Shown one piece after another: positions 1 to 9,908 of a DNA stretch of 64,000 nt (positions are counted from its first letter, which is position 1; each line of letters starts with the position of its first letter). The stretch lies in the NCBI GenBank assembly GCA_020347565.1, contig CP070732.1, forward strand, positions 243,582 through 307,581, read 5' to 3'. The DNA comes from Methanobacteriota archaeon. Its GTDB lineage: Archaea; Thermoplasmatota; Thermoplasmata; UBA10834. Below the pieces are notes generated by a model. It saw nothing but the letters and a program-made list of their open reading frames with translations, made no database searches and had not been told where the DNA came from. The translations under genes were made by a program, and so were the position numbers.

Positions 1-1642
1 TGTTGAACATGGCAATCATGGTCCCTCCCGTGACCATCATGACCCCGGATATGATGAACATCTCGAGGTCTCCCTGGAGCTCCCCGAACAGCATGGTCTC
101 GATGCCGATTGGATCCAGGATGTAGTATATCATCCAGAAGCCGGCGATGGTGAACGGCAGCCTCGGGTTGACGAACCTCACGGCCACCATCGCAGCGCCA
201 ATCGATATCAGGGCCATGCCGGAGGCCGTGCCGGCCGCTTGGCGCGAAGACGCTCCGCCAGCGAACACAAGCACTCCGAGCGCTAGCGCTGCGATTCCGG
301 TGAGGAAGTACTTGCTCTGTGACTTCGCGAGAACGGGTTCGGGTATGTCGCGAATCGCCATGACGATGTTCAACCTGCTAACCCGCCACGACGCCAAGGC
401 GACGGTAGCCATGGTGATCAGGAACCCCGCCGCGGCGGCCATCGCGAGGCTCCGAAGCTGGAAGTGCAGTTCGAAGGACATCTCGCCTCCGCCCATGATG
501 ACGCTGAACGCGTTGATCATCACAAACGCGATGGCCAGTCCTACCAGCGTCCCGATCAGAGAGGCAACGATGGCATAGACGACTCCTTCGAACATGAAGG
601 ACTGGGTTAGATGTCCTCTCTGCATTCCTACGGCTCTCGATATGCCCATCTCGGGCTTCCTCTCCTCCGCCAACATCACGAATATGTTTATGATCAGAGC
701 TATCCCGGCTATGATCGTGAAGGAGCTCATCAGGACGAACAACTGCATTATCATGTCCGAGACGGTCTCCGCCTCCTCTACTCCATCGCGTTTGACGTCG
801 TTGAAAGCGAAATCGGCATCTTCTTCGATGTGAGCCCTCAACTCAAGAACAGCCTCGTCCGTTACCAGATAGCCGCTCTCCATCGAGCCTTCGCACGATA
901 TGTCCACCGAGTTTATCATCGATGGAGCGGCGAAGATGTTCTCCTGTGCGTACGCAAGGTCGACGAACAAGAGGTCGGCGGACCACCAGTTAGCCATGCC
1001 CTCCTCGGCGGCTATCGCCGAGACCTCCAGCATGACCGGTGCCGCGTTCTTCGGATACAGCATGACCGTGTCTCCGGGGCCCACATCTAGCGCATCCGCG
1101 AGATCGCGGTTGACCACAGTCCTCCCGTCCGTGATCATGTCCGAGGCGATGGCTTCCCCGCCCGAGGCCGTCAGCGCGTTGACGATGCTCTCCGGATCGT
1201 ACGCGTAGATGTATGCAGCCGGAACGGACGTCTGTGGTACAGGTGCGATGACAGTGGCCACCTCGCGTATGGTCGGTGCCACGCCGTCTATGTACTCCAG
1301 ACCTCCTGTCTCAAGGGAGTCTACCAGCTCGTAGGCTATGCTCTCGTTGAAAAGCATGTACAGCCCCGCGTCGTCCTCCATGGCGACGACGATGTCCACA
1401 TGGCCGGTGTTCGTGTAGACGTCGTCCTTGATTATGTAATCCATCGTGTCGCCTACGACGAGCGCCGCCGCTATCATGGCGGTTGCTATGAGAAGCCCTA
1501 CGACCACGATTGCCGAGAACTTCTTCCTACGGACGATGTTTCTCGCCGCCATCTTGGCGAAGACGATTCTTCTGGCCGCCAGCAGACCTACTGCAAGTAG
1601 CACCATGGCGACTATCACAGCCAGCTGAAGAAGCGCGTCCAT
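1..1642 (-). CDS. ABC transporter permease, FtsX/MacB-like (3' part runs off the window edge)
   Basis: Not in the ORF track. Manual translation from ATG at 1642 gives MDALLQLAVIVAMVLLAVGLLAARRIVFAKMAARNIVRRKKFSAIVVVGLLIATAMIAAALVVGDTMDY, a typical FtsX-family N-terminus. Lies directly downstream of a LolD-like ATPase. Confidence 0.85.
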   Translation of the reverse strand, partial: MDALLQLAVIVAMVLLAVGLLAARRIVFAKMAARNIVRRKKFSAIVVVGLLIATAMIAAALVVGDTMDYIIKDDVYTNTGHVDIVVAMEDDAGLYMLFNESIAYELVDSLETGGLEYIDGVAPTIREVATVIAPVPQTSVPAAYIYAYDPESIVNALTASGGEAIASDMITDGRTVVNRDLADALDVGPGDTVMLYPKNAAPVMLEVSAIAAEEGMANWWSADLLFVDLAYAQENIFAAPSMINSVDISCEGSMESGYLVTDEAVLELRAHIEEDADFAFNDVKRDGVEEAETVSDMIMQLFVLMSSFTIIAGIALIINIFVMLAEERKPEMGISRAVGMQRGHLTQSFMFEGVVYAIVASLIGTLVGLAIAFVMINAFSVIMGGGEMSFELHFQLRSLAMAAAAGFLITMATVALASWRVSRLNIVMAIRDIPEPVLAKSQSKYFLTGIAALALGVLVFAGGASSRQAAGTASGMALISIGAAMVAVRFVNPRLPFTIAGFWMIYYILDPIGIETMLFGELQGDLEMFIISGVMMVTGGTMIAMFN

Positions 1643-1653
1643 CAAGTCCACCG

Positions 1654-2394
1654 TCAGAATGGGGTCGGAACGAACTCCTTCTCGATCGCCCCGTCCTTCA
1701 TTATCACGATACGGTCGGCCAACCGACCGACGTTGTAGTCGTGTGTGACGATTATGTAAGTCTGCCGGTTCTCCTTGTTCAGCCTCTTCAGGAGTTCCAT
1801 GATCTCCTTCGAGTACTCGCTGTCCAGATTGCCTGTCGGCTCATCTCCGAAAACAATCTCTGGCTTGTTGACGAGCGACCGTGCGATCGTGACCCTCTGC
1901 TGCTGCCCACCTGAGAGCTCCGCTGGCTTGTGGTCCTTCCAGTCCTCGAGTGCCACGGCCCTGAGGGACTCGACGGCCTTACCCCTGGCCTCCTTCGGCG
2001 GCGTACCGGAGAGAAGCAGCGGCAGCTCGACGTTCTCCACCGCTGTTAGGACAGGAAGGAGGTTGTACGCCTGGAATATGAATCCTATCTTCTCCGCACG
2101 GTAGCGCGTGCGCTCTCTGTCTGACATGTCCGTCAGAAGCCTACCCCTTATGCGCACCTCGCCGCCGCTCAAGTCGTCGAGGCCCGACATGCAGTTCAAC
2201 AGCGTCGTCTTGCCGCATCCCGAGGGGCCCATGACGGCGATCATCTCCCCCTCCTTGACGGCCAAGTCGATCCCTCTAAGCGCCTCGACCTTGACCTTGC
2301 CAGTGTCATAGGTTTTGGTGACTCCTTTCGCAATGACTATCGGCTTATCCTGGTCGATATCCCCGCTACTCTCGGCGGTGGCTGTCTCTTTCAT
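1654..2394 (-). CDS. ABC transporter ATP-binding protein (LolD/MacB-like)
   Basis: Walker A GPSGCGKT, signature LSGGQQQR, Walker B VFGDEPT, H-loop VTHD. Start placed at MKETAT, which follows a GGAGG SD. Confidence 0.93.
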   Translation of the reverse strand: MKETATAESSGDIDQDKPIVIAKGVTKTYDTGKVKVEALRGIDLAVKEGEMIAVMGPSGCGKTTLLNCMSGLDDLSGGEVRIRGRLLTDMSDRERTRYRAEKIGFIFQAYNLLPVLTAVENVELPLLLSGTPPKEARGKAVESLRAVALEDWKDHKPAELSGGQQQRVTIARSLVNKPEIVFGDEPTGNLDSEYSKEIMELLKRLNKENRQTYIIVTHDYNVGRLADRIVIMKDGAIEKEFVPTPF

Positions 2395-2640
2395 GCTATG
2401 CCTCCGATTCCTTTCAGGCGATGCGCCCATCCCACAGCCCCCAGTGTACGGACGCGTGCTTCTTCATGTTCGCGCCTGAGAGGTGTAGTCACAGGCGTGC
2501 TACTATAAGTAATTCCTTCGTTCTTCGCGCGGAACACGTCGACCAGGGCGCCGAGACATCCGCCTTCGTCCGCTTCGATGCGCATCTCCAGCTGTGGCCG
2601 AGGTCAGATTATATATCCCATCCGTTCCTTTCTTGAGCCG

Positions 2641-3693
2641 ATGTTGGACTCGCTGGACACGATGAGGCGGCTCGACACTCGCGATGTGCTTGGAATGGTC
2701 TCCGGGATGCCCGATCACCTTGCAGAGGGACTGCGTCTGGGCAGGTCCAGGGAGGCGGTAGGCGAACGACCGGACAACGTGGTGATATGCGCCTTGGGTG
2801 GATCAGCGATAGGGGGAGACCTCGTCTCGCAGTGGCTCTCGGACAGGAGCGACATCCCCTGCCATGTCTCGCGAGGATATCACCTTCCAGCATACGTCGG
2901 AGAGAGGTCTCTCGTCGTCGCTGCGAGCTACTCTGGCAACACCGAGGAGACCCTCAGCATGACTCAAGAGGCGGTCTCGAGAAAGGCCAGAGCAATCGTG
3001 ATCTCGTCCGGCGGCAAGCTGGAAGAACTCGCGGAAGCGGAAGGCCTGGCTCATTGCCTCGTGCCGCAGGGCATGCTGCCGAGGGCAACTATCGGATACC
3101 TCTTCGGTGCGATCGCAGGCATACTGGATGGCAACGGTGTGGTCGGGGGCGAGGGGGACATAGCGAGTTCCATCGAGGTCCTTCGAAGGGTGATAGCCGA
3201 TTGCGCCCCTGAGGTCGATACGGCGGGCAACCCGGCCAAGAAGCTGGCACATCACATCCACGGGACCATCCCGGTGATTGTTGGCTATGGCCTATCCTCG
3301 CCCGTAGCCAGGCGGTGGGCGCACCAGCTCAATGAGAACTCCAAGATGCTGGCATTCGACTGCGAAGTCCCCGAGATGAACCACAACAGCATAGTCGGGT
3401 GGATGGGAGACGGCCGTGGAGGAGGGTTCTCGATGACATTTCTCGACCACGACGTCGACGACGAGAGGATGCGGCGGCGCTTGGAGGCCACGAAGGCGAT
3501 GGTCGCGGACCAAGTGCGCGTGTTCTCATCTCATGCGGTGGGAGATGGGACGCTCGAGAGGATGTTCTCCCTCGTCGCCATGGGCGATTACGTGAGCGTG
3601 TACAGCGCTTTCCTGCGGAAAGAGGACCCATCGACAACGGGCCCGATCGATGAGCTGAAGAGGATACTGGCGAAAAAGGGCGGCGGCGGCTGA
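2641..3693 (+). CDS. Bifunctional phosphoglucose/phosphomannose isomerase (SIS fold)
   Basis: Motifs LGGSAIGG, SYSGNTEET, QLNENSK, PEMNHN. Start at MLDSLD. Confidence 0.9.
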   Translation: MLDSLDTMRRLDTRDVLGMVSGMPDHLAEGLRLGRSREAVGERPDNVVICALGGSAIGGDLVSQWLSDRSDIPCHVSRGYHLPAYVGERSLVVAASYSGNTEETLSMTQEAVSRKARAIVISSGGKLEELAEAEGLAHCLVPQGMLPRATIGYLFGAIAGILDGNGVVGGEGDIASSIEVLRRVIADCAPEVDTAGNPAKKLAHHIHGTIPVIVGYGLSSPVARRWAHQLNENSKMLAFDCEVPEMNHNSIVGWMGDGRGGGFSMTFLDHDVDDERMRRRLEATKAMVADQVRVFSSHAVGDGTLERMFSLVAMGDYVSVYSAFLRKEDPSTTGPIDELKRILAKKGGGG

Positions 3694-3726
3694 CGGTCAC
3701 GAATGCGAGTCAAGTTCGCGTTGGTG

Positions 3727-3757
3727 AAAAAAAGTGATTTGAGAGGGCTGAGCCCTC
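3727..3757 (-). terminator. Hairpin plus T7 tract, probable terminator of the minus-strand RHH transcript
   Basis: GAGGGC-TGA-GCCCTC stem at 3743-3757 and an A7 run at 3727-3733 (T7 on the minus strand). Confidence 0.45.
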
Positions 3758-3893
3758 CCGTCCTTGCATCCCATCCTCTGCCTGCGGAAGCAGGCCCTTC
3801 CTTTCCCTTCTGTCGTCAGGTCAGCGGGCGACGAATGTCCCCCGACTCTCGCTTGAAAGGCCTCGAGATCCTCTGGCGGTCGATTGCCCTCGA

Positions 3894-4295
3894 TCACTGA
3901 ATCTTCATTCGCGATGCGACACGAGCCATCCCTCTCCTCGTGTCGCGGTCCTCGGCTGCGTCTGCGACCTTCCTGCGTATGGCTTCCTTCCCTTCCAGGT
4001 AGTAGCGCTTCTTCTCGTCCGTCCAGGCAGTCAGGGCTAGGGTGACGGCCTCAGAGACGTCTGTCGCGTCGCCGCTCGCAATGAACATCTCCAGGTCTTC
4101 AGCCAGTGCGGCTGGTATGGTGGCCTTGACCGTCTCTGAATTCCACGAGGTGGCTTCCTCTTCAAGATAGCATACGATGGCATCCCTCACCACATCCGAA
4201 ACAGAACCCTGGCCATTCCTCTCGCGGACGGCCTCGAGTTCAAGGAGGTCCTCCTGGGGAATCCGTACGTTCAGACGTGCAGACCTGGCAGACAT
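3894..4295 (-). CDS. Ribbon-helix-helix (CopG/MetJ-like) DNA-binding protein with two tandem RHH units
   Basis: RLNVRIPQEDL...SVSDVVRDAI and ETVKATIPAAL...DVSEAVTLAL. Confidence 0.75.
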   Translation of the reverse strand: MSARSARLNVRIPQEDLLELEAVRERNGQGSVSDVVRDAIVCYLEEEATSWNSETVKATIPAALAEDLEMFIASGDATDVSEAVTLALTAWTDEKKRYYLEGKEAIRRKVADAAEDRDTRRGMARVASRMKIQ

Positions 4296-4467
4296 GTGAT
4301 CTCGAGCCTTGTATGACGAATTGTCGCACAGCGTATAAATAAATATCTAGAATTCACGCGACCGGGACTTCCAGTGGAACGGCGGACCGGGAAGGCCGAC
4401 ATGCGGCCCCCTCGTCGCGCTCCCCCTGCAGCCGCCGGAAGAGGTGCACAGCTGATGCCCCATTCGG

Positions 4468-5817
4468 ATGGCCGAGCCGTCGCGGGATACGTTTTTAATC
4501 TCCAACGGAATCCCCGAGACCGTGAAGACGTCGAGGGAGATCGTCCAATCGGTGCGCGAAACGACGAGACGGCACAACAACTGGTTCAAGGAGTCAATCC
4601 CACTCATAGCATCTGAGAATTTCACCAGCCCAGCAGTGCGCGAGGTGATGAACTCGGACCTGCACAACCGCTATGCCGAGGGGTTGCCTGGCAAGCGATA
4701 CTACCAGGGGAACATCTATATCGACGAGATCGAGACGTTGTGCGAAGAGGTCGCCCGCGAGGTCTTCAGGTGCAGGTTCGCCGATGTACGGCCCGTATCT
4801 GGAACAGTCGCGAACCTCGCGGTGCTGATGGCGTTCGCGAAGCCGGGGGACAAGATGACGGCTGTCGGCCTCTCAGATGGCGGCCACCTGTCGCACGCGA
4901 AGATAGGCGCTGCGGGCCTGAGGGGCGTCCGGACCCATCACTATCCGTTCGACAAGAAGACGATGAACATAGACCCTGATGGAGCGAGGCGCCTTATAAG
5001 AGAGGTTAAGCCCAAGATCGCTCTGTTCGGCCAATCGGTCTACCTCTTCCCCACGCCGCTGGAGGAGCTGAGGGACGCCTTCGAGGAGGTGGGCTGCGTC
5101 GTGTGGTACGACGCCGCGCACGTGCTCGGCCTCATCGCGGGGAAGAGGTTCCAGGACCCTCTCCGCGAGGGCGCGGACGTCGTCTCGGGCAGCACGCACA
5201 AGACTCTCCCGGGACCGCAGCATGGAATGATGATCTCAGACCTGAGGAGGGAGAGCTTCGAGACGTCTCTGAGGCGTGGCGTGTTCCCAGGCGTCACCAG
5301 CAACCATCACCTTCACTCCGTGGCGGCGCTTGCCATCACGCTCGCGGAGACGATGGAGTTCGGAGAGGCGTACGCAGACCAGACCATCAGGAACGCCAGC
5401 GCGCTCGCACAGGCCCTACACGAGCGTGGCCTCGACGTCCTCTGCGAGGCGCTCGGTTTCACCGAGTCCCACACCCTCGTTATCGACGTCGAGGAACATC
5501 ACGGGGGCGCGAAGGTGGCGAAGGCCCTCGAGGACGCGAACATCATCGTCAACAAGAACCTCCTTCCCTGGGACAGCGATCCGGTGAGGCCGAGCGGCAT
5601 ACGCGTCGGCGCACAGGAGATAACGAGGCTGGGCATGAAGGAGAAGGACATGACCGATGTCGCAGAGTTCATGGCGCGCGTGGTCGTCAAGGGTGAGGCA
5701 CCTTCGTCGGTCATCGAGGACGTCAAGACGTTCAAGCGCGACTTCACGAAGGCGCACTACTGCTTCTTCGAGGGACAGGAGGCATACGATTACCCCTCGT
5801 TCGTCGACGATATGTGA
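4468..5817 (+). CDS. glyA: Serine hydroxymethyltransferase
   Basis: LIASEN, RYAEGLPGKRYYQG, GGHLSH, PLP lysine motif STHKTLPGPQ. Confidence 0.97.
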   Translation: MAEPSRDTFLISNGIPETVKTSREIVQSVRETTRRHNNWFKESIPLIASENFTSPAVREVMNSDLHNRYAEGLPGKRYYQGNIYIDEIETLCEEVAREVFRCRFADVRPVSGTVANLAVLMAFAKPGDKMTAVGLSDGGHLSHAKIGAAGLRGVRTHHYPFDKKTMNIDPDGARRLIREVKPKIALFGQSVYLFPTPLEELRDAFEEVGCVVWYDAAHVLGLIAGKRFQDPLREGADVVSGSTHKTLPGPQHGMMISDLRRESFETSLRRGVFPGVTSNHHLHSVAALAITLAETMEFGEAYADQTIRNASALAQALHERGLDVLCEALGFTESHTLVIDVEEHHGGAKVAKALEDANIIVNKNLLPWDSDPVRPSGIRVGAQEITRLGMKEKDMTDVAEFMARVVVKGEAPSSVIEDVKTFKRDFTKAHYCFFEGQEAYDYPSFVDDM

Positions 5818-5871
5818 CGACGTGCGCTCCAAATTTCTTATATGACCGTGAGGACTATCCAGTTACGTTGA

Positions 5872-6663
5872 TTGCTGATGGCTGGCAGGACGAGTGCTCT
5901 GCAAGTGGGCGTCGCGGCGGTGAACGTCGTGATATTCATACTCGCCTTCACGAGCATCTATCCGTTCCCAGCCGGGGACTTCAACATCGACCTCCCCTCG
6001 CCGAACGAGGTTCTATGGGACTACCAGGACGGGCTCGTGACCGTCACGGCGCCGTTCTCCATCGACAACGGCGGCTTCTACGACGTGCAGGACTTGACGC
6101 TCGATTACAGCGTGGTCAACTACTCCGACCAGATGATCGCCGAGGACACCATCGTCGTCGGGACGATGAAGGCGGGCACTGTCACTGCGAGCGAGATAGT
6201 CTTCGAGTTCGACCTGGTCTCTATGTACGAGCGCGGGATCACATGGATGGTATTCAACGACGACCTCCTCGACTTCACAGTGGAAGTGTCGTGCTCCTAC
6301 ACGATGAGGCTGGTGAAGTTCGAGGCCATCTATTCGGTCAGCATACCGTGGGACGCGCTGATACAGGATGTGAGTGTAACGGACGTGCGGCTCGACCCGC
6401 TGGCATCCGAACTGTTGGTTGACTACAGAGTGACCACGTCCGACCTGCTGTCCGGGAGCACGATGGTCATAGTGACGCTCTACGAAAACGGGACCGCCCT
6501 GTCCCAGACCACCCAGACGGTCGCATTGGGAACGGACCATGCGGGCACCTTGTCTCTCGACATCCCCCTCGGGTCCGTGCCGGACACGGCGGTCCTAGAG
6601 GTGACCGTGGCGGACTTCTATGTCGAGCAGTCGTTCTCGATACCGTCGGAGGCATTCCATTGA
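5872..6663 (+). CDS. Hypothetical membrane-anchored protein with acidic, beta-rich ectodomain
   Basis: One N-terminal hydrophobic helix; stop overlaps the next start; start position uncertain. Confidence 0.7.
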   Translation: MLMAGRTSALQVGVAAVNVVIFILAFTSIYPFPAGDFNIDLPSPNEVLWDYQDGLVTVTAPFSIDNGGFYDVQDLTLDYSVVNYSDQMIAEDTIVVGTMKAGTVTASEIVFEFDLVSMYERGITWMVFNDDLLDFTVEVSCSYTMRLVKFEAIYSVSIPWDALIQDVSVTDVRLDPLASELLVDYRVTTSDLLSGSTMVIVTLYENGTALSQTTQTVALGTDHAGTLSLDIPLGSVPDTAVLEVTVADFYVEQSFSIPSEAFH

Positions 6664-7364
6664 AGCGCAAGGGCAGGGTCCCCGACACCGTGTGGACAGC
6701 CTTCATGGAGACCATACGGTTCATAATCGTCCCGCTCGTGCTCATCGACCTGATAACGGAGAACTACCCGCAGCTCGCCACTGCGTTCATGTCGGACATC
6801 AGGATGTACATAGTGTTCTTCGGGGGCATGATCGTGACATCCAGCACTCTCGAGGCGGCGAACCGTCCGGGCACCTACAAGCGGATGCTCTTCGGGCTGT
6901 CGGCGATATCTTTCGTCTGCCTCTGGTTCTTCGTGGTGTTCGGAGGAGGCATTGCGGAGTTCTCCTATGGGCCGTACTTCGTGAGGTTCGACCTGAGCAT
7001 GATAGTCTACCTCGTCATCTTCGGCCTGTCGCTGAAGGGGCTGCTGGTCATATCGACCTTCAAGGATTACCGCGAGGGGGAGCTTGAGAGGGCTCGGGAG
7101 AGGAGGGCCGAGTTCGCGAGGAAGATGGTCGCCGCCACTAGGCTCCCCGCGCCGCCCAGGCGGAGGGCCCCAGCGTTCTCTACCATGGTCTCTACAGCAT
7201 TCGAGGTGTCCGTCGACGACATGATAGGACACGAGCCTGAGATGCCTCCCAGGCCTGTGGCGAAGGGCAGAAAGGTGTGCGAGATATGCGGGGCGGAGGC
7301 GGCAATCAAGGACTACGTCTGCAGGAACTGCGGCGAGTGGTTTCCGTCCGATTCTGCGGACTGA
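6660..7364 (+). CDS. Hypothetical 4-TM membrane protein with C-terminal zinc ribbon
   Basis: Four hydrophobic segments, then CEIC...CRNC. Confidence 0.75.
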   Translation: MKRKGRVPDTVWTAFMETIRFIIVPLVLIDLITENYPQLATAFMSDIRMYIVFFGGMIVTSSTLEAANRPGTYKRMLFGLSAISFVCLWFFVVFGGGIAEFSYGPYFVRFDLSMIVYLVIFGLSLKGLLVISTFKDYREGELERARERRAEFARKMVAATRLPAPPRRRAPAFSTMVSTAFEVSVDDMIGHEPEMPPRPVAKGRKVCEICGAEAAIKDYVCRNCGEWFPSDSAD

Positions 7365-8280
7365 CCCGCTGCCGTCTCAGCGCGTCGACGAGCTCGCACA
7401 CCTTGCATCTGTCGGATACCGTCGGAGCCCCACACTCGCATTGCCGCAGCGTGGCGGCGGGATAGGTCTGCTCCAGCGCCTTCAACACTTCATCGTGGCT
7501 CTTGAGGATCGAGTGCCTCGTCCCCGGATACCTGTCCTCCAGCTGAGCGACGATCCGCCTGTAGTCGTTTCTGAGCGCTTCGGAGGCGTAGGGGCACTCG
7601 AGGTCGTGATGACGCATCCCGCGGACCATGGCGTACAGCGCGACTTCGTTCTCCGGTATCGTGCGCAACGGCTGTATCCTGGGCACCAGCCCCTCCTGAG
7701 CCCTCCTGTGTGGTCCCAGCCTGGCCAGCCGCTCGACGTCCCCTCTCGAGAAGTTCATCAGGATCGACTGTGCGGTGTCGTCGAGGTTCAGGCCAGTCGC
7801 GAGCCTGGTCGCCTCCCAGCCCTTCGCCGCGCGGTTCAGGGCCGTCCTTCGCATGACACCGCAATACGTGCAAGTCGACAGGTTCCTCTCGGCCTCAGCG
7901 ATCTCGTCCATCGTGAAGCCGTACGCCTCCTTGAAGGAAACGATGATGTGCTCCATGTCGAGTGCCCTGCAGTTCTCCGCTACGATCGCTATGGCACTCC
8001 CCCTATAGCCCTCGATTCCCTCGTCGACCGTGACCGCTGCGAACTCGACATCCCTGCGGTCGCTGAGTATCCGTTTGAGGAGGTGTGCCGTCACGATACT
8101 GTCCTTGCCGCCGGAGACGGCGACGGCCAGCCTCTCCTCCCCATCGAGAGTCATCTGTCTCCTGAGCTCGTGGCGCACGCGTCTCTCAACCAGCTCGCAG
8201 AAGTGCCTCCGGCAGAGGTGTGCGCCGCTGTAACGGACGACGATGACGGACGGCTTCGAACACTTGTCGCAGGAGGTCAT
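7306..8280 (-). CDS. ncsA: tRNA 2-thiolation protein, TtuA/NcsA/Ctu1 family
   Basis: N-terminal CDKC...CRRH, PP-loop SGGKDS, CTYC, CPY, C-terminal CEC...CKVC. Real start MTSCDKC at 8280. Confidence 0.9.
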   Translation of the reverse strand: MTSCDKCSKPSVIVVRYSGAHLCRRHFCELVERRVRHELRRQMTLDGEERLAVAVSGGKDSIVTAHLLKRILSDRRDVEFAAVTVDEGIEGYRGSAIAIVAENCRALDMEHIIVSFKEAYGFTMDEIAEAERNLSTCTYCGVMRRTALNRAAKGWEATRLATGLNLDDTAQSILMNFSRGDVERLARLGPHRRAQEGLVPRIQPLRTIPENEVALYAMVRGMRHHDLECPYASEALRNDYRRIVAQLEDRYPGTRHSILKSHDEVLKALEQTYPAATLRQCECGAPTVSDRCKVCELVDALRRQRVSPQNRTETTRRSSCRRSP

Positions 8281-8377
8281 CCTGGCCTGATTTGAGGTGT
8301 GCGTATTTAACTCCTCTTTCGCGCATCTCCCGGAATAGTTATTTGTAAGCCAATCGCATTCGAGTCGGCGATAGTGG

Positions 8378-9343
8378 ATGCAAACCGTCTGGGTCGAGAA
8401 GTACCGGCCGCGCGAGCTGTCCAAGGTCGTAGGGCAGAGGGCGATCGTGGAGCGGCTGAAGTCATATGTGGATACTCGGAGCATGCCCCATATGCTCTTC
8501 GCAGGACCAGCTGGTTCCGGCAAGACCACGTGCGCCATAGCCTTGGCGCGCGATATGTACGGCGAGGGCTGGCGAGACAGCCTCATCGAGCTGAACGCCT
8601 CCGACGAGCGCGGGATAGACGTTGTTCGGGGGAAGATCAAGGACTTCGCCAGGGCAGCCACGATCGGCGTGGGAGATTTCAAGATCATATTCCTCGACGA
8701 GGCGGACTCGCTCACGAACGACGCCCAGGCGGCGCTCAGGAGAACCATGGAGCGGTACACGGCCACGTGCCGGTTCATACTTTCGTGCAACTACTCCTCG
8801 AAGATAATAGAGCCCATCCAGTCGCGATGCGCTGTGTTCAGGTTCAGGCCGCTCGCAGAGGCGGATGTGAAGCAGTATCTATCGCACGTGGCCTCCCTCG
8901 AGGGCTTGGAACTCAAGCCGGACGGCCTTGACGCGATATGCTCCATCGCCGCCGGGGACCTCAGGAAGGCGACGAACGTGCTGCAGGTTGCGGCGTCGGC
9001 GTCGAAGGCAGTGGACCAAGACTCGGTCTACGAGTCCACCGAGAGCGTGCGTCCGTCCGAGGTCGACGAGCTGCTCAGGACCGCCCTAAAGGGCAACTTC
9101 AGCGGCGCTCGGTCCAAGCTGGACGAACTGATAGTGCGTCATGGACTGTCGGGGGAGGACATCGTGCGGGCGATACACCGGGCCGTCTTCGACCTGCCTG
9201 TAGACGAGGTCGCCAAGATACGCCTCGTCGACAGGATCGGTGAGGCGGAGTTCAGGATCGTGTCCGGCTCCAACGACCGCATACAGCTTGAGGCGCTGCT
9301 TGCCCACTTCGCCAACGAGGGAGCGCCCTCCGGCCGTGGCTGA
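8378..9343 (+). CDS. rfcS: Replication factor C small subunit
   Basis: WVEKYRP, GPAGSGKTT, ELNASDERG, FLDEAD, QSRC. Confidence 0.97.
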   Translation: MQTVWVEKYRPRELSKVVGQRAIVERLKSYVDTRSMPHMLFAGPAGSGKTTCAIALARDMYGEGWRDSLIELNASDERGIDVVRGKIKDFARAATIGVGDFKIIFLDEADSLTNDAQAALRRTMERYTATCRFILSCNYSSKIIEPIQSRCAVFRFRPLAEADVKQYLSHVASLEGLELKPDGLDAICSIAAGDLRKATNVLQVAASASKAVDQDSVYESTESVRPSEVDELLRTALKGNFSGARSKLDELIVRHGLSGEDIVRAIHRAVFDLPVDEVAKIRLVDRIGEAEFRIVSGSNDRIQLEALLAHFANEGAPSGRG

Positions 9344-9415
9344 GCGTCGCCCTGTACTCCGCGGACCCACAAGATTAATATATCGTCGCCATCTTAGTGG
9401 CGCCCGAGGTCCAGC

Positions 9416-9565
9416 ATGGCTAGATTCCCGGAGGCTGAGGCGAGGAACCTCGCCAAGAAGATATGCATGAGCTGCTACGCTCGCAACGCCATCAGGGCAA
9501 CAAGATGCCGTAAGTGCGGCTACAAGGGACTTCGCCTCAAGACAAGAGAGGCCAAGAAAGCCTGA
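9416..9565 (+). CDS. rpl40e: 50S ribosomal protein L40e
   Basis: Below the ORF-track cutoff. Manual translation: [53 protein letters not shown]-like TTAATATA upstream. Confidence 0.95.
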   Translation: MARFPEAEARNLAKKICMSCYARNAIRATRCRKCGYKGLRLKTREAKKA

Positions 9566-9908
9566 GCCAGCCCCGTCCTGCAGCGATGCCGGCGGCTCTG
9601 ATCTTCTCGCCCATCGTTCTCGAGTTCCGGACACGATGCAGTGCCCGTCCAGACGTGCTAGGTCACGTGAGGGAAAAAAGAATGGGTGGAGGGGACTCCA
9701 CCGCAGTTGGGCATCACCCCTTGGTTACACATCTCCTCCTTTCGACAAAAGAGTGTGTGCCAAATCGGCGAAGGATGATTCGGGGCATCTGACTTAACAC
9801 TTGTGGATTTGCGGTTTGGCACTCTACAATTCGGCCCGATTCTGGGAAGTGAACGTGGCATTACTGCAACTGCAATGTTTTTATTGTGATTTTGCTTATA
9901 CCCCGACG

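Noticed and set aside
7306-8790. 494-aa version of NcsA and 366-aa version of the radical SAM ORF (54832)
   Set aside because: The N-terminal extensions overlap rfcS and nre; family motifs begin at 8280 and 55126.
9773-9792. Second C/D box RNA (GATGATT...CTGA)
   Set aside because: Imperfect C box, spacing too short and no C'/D' pair.
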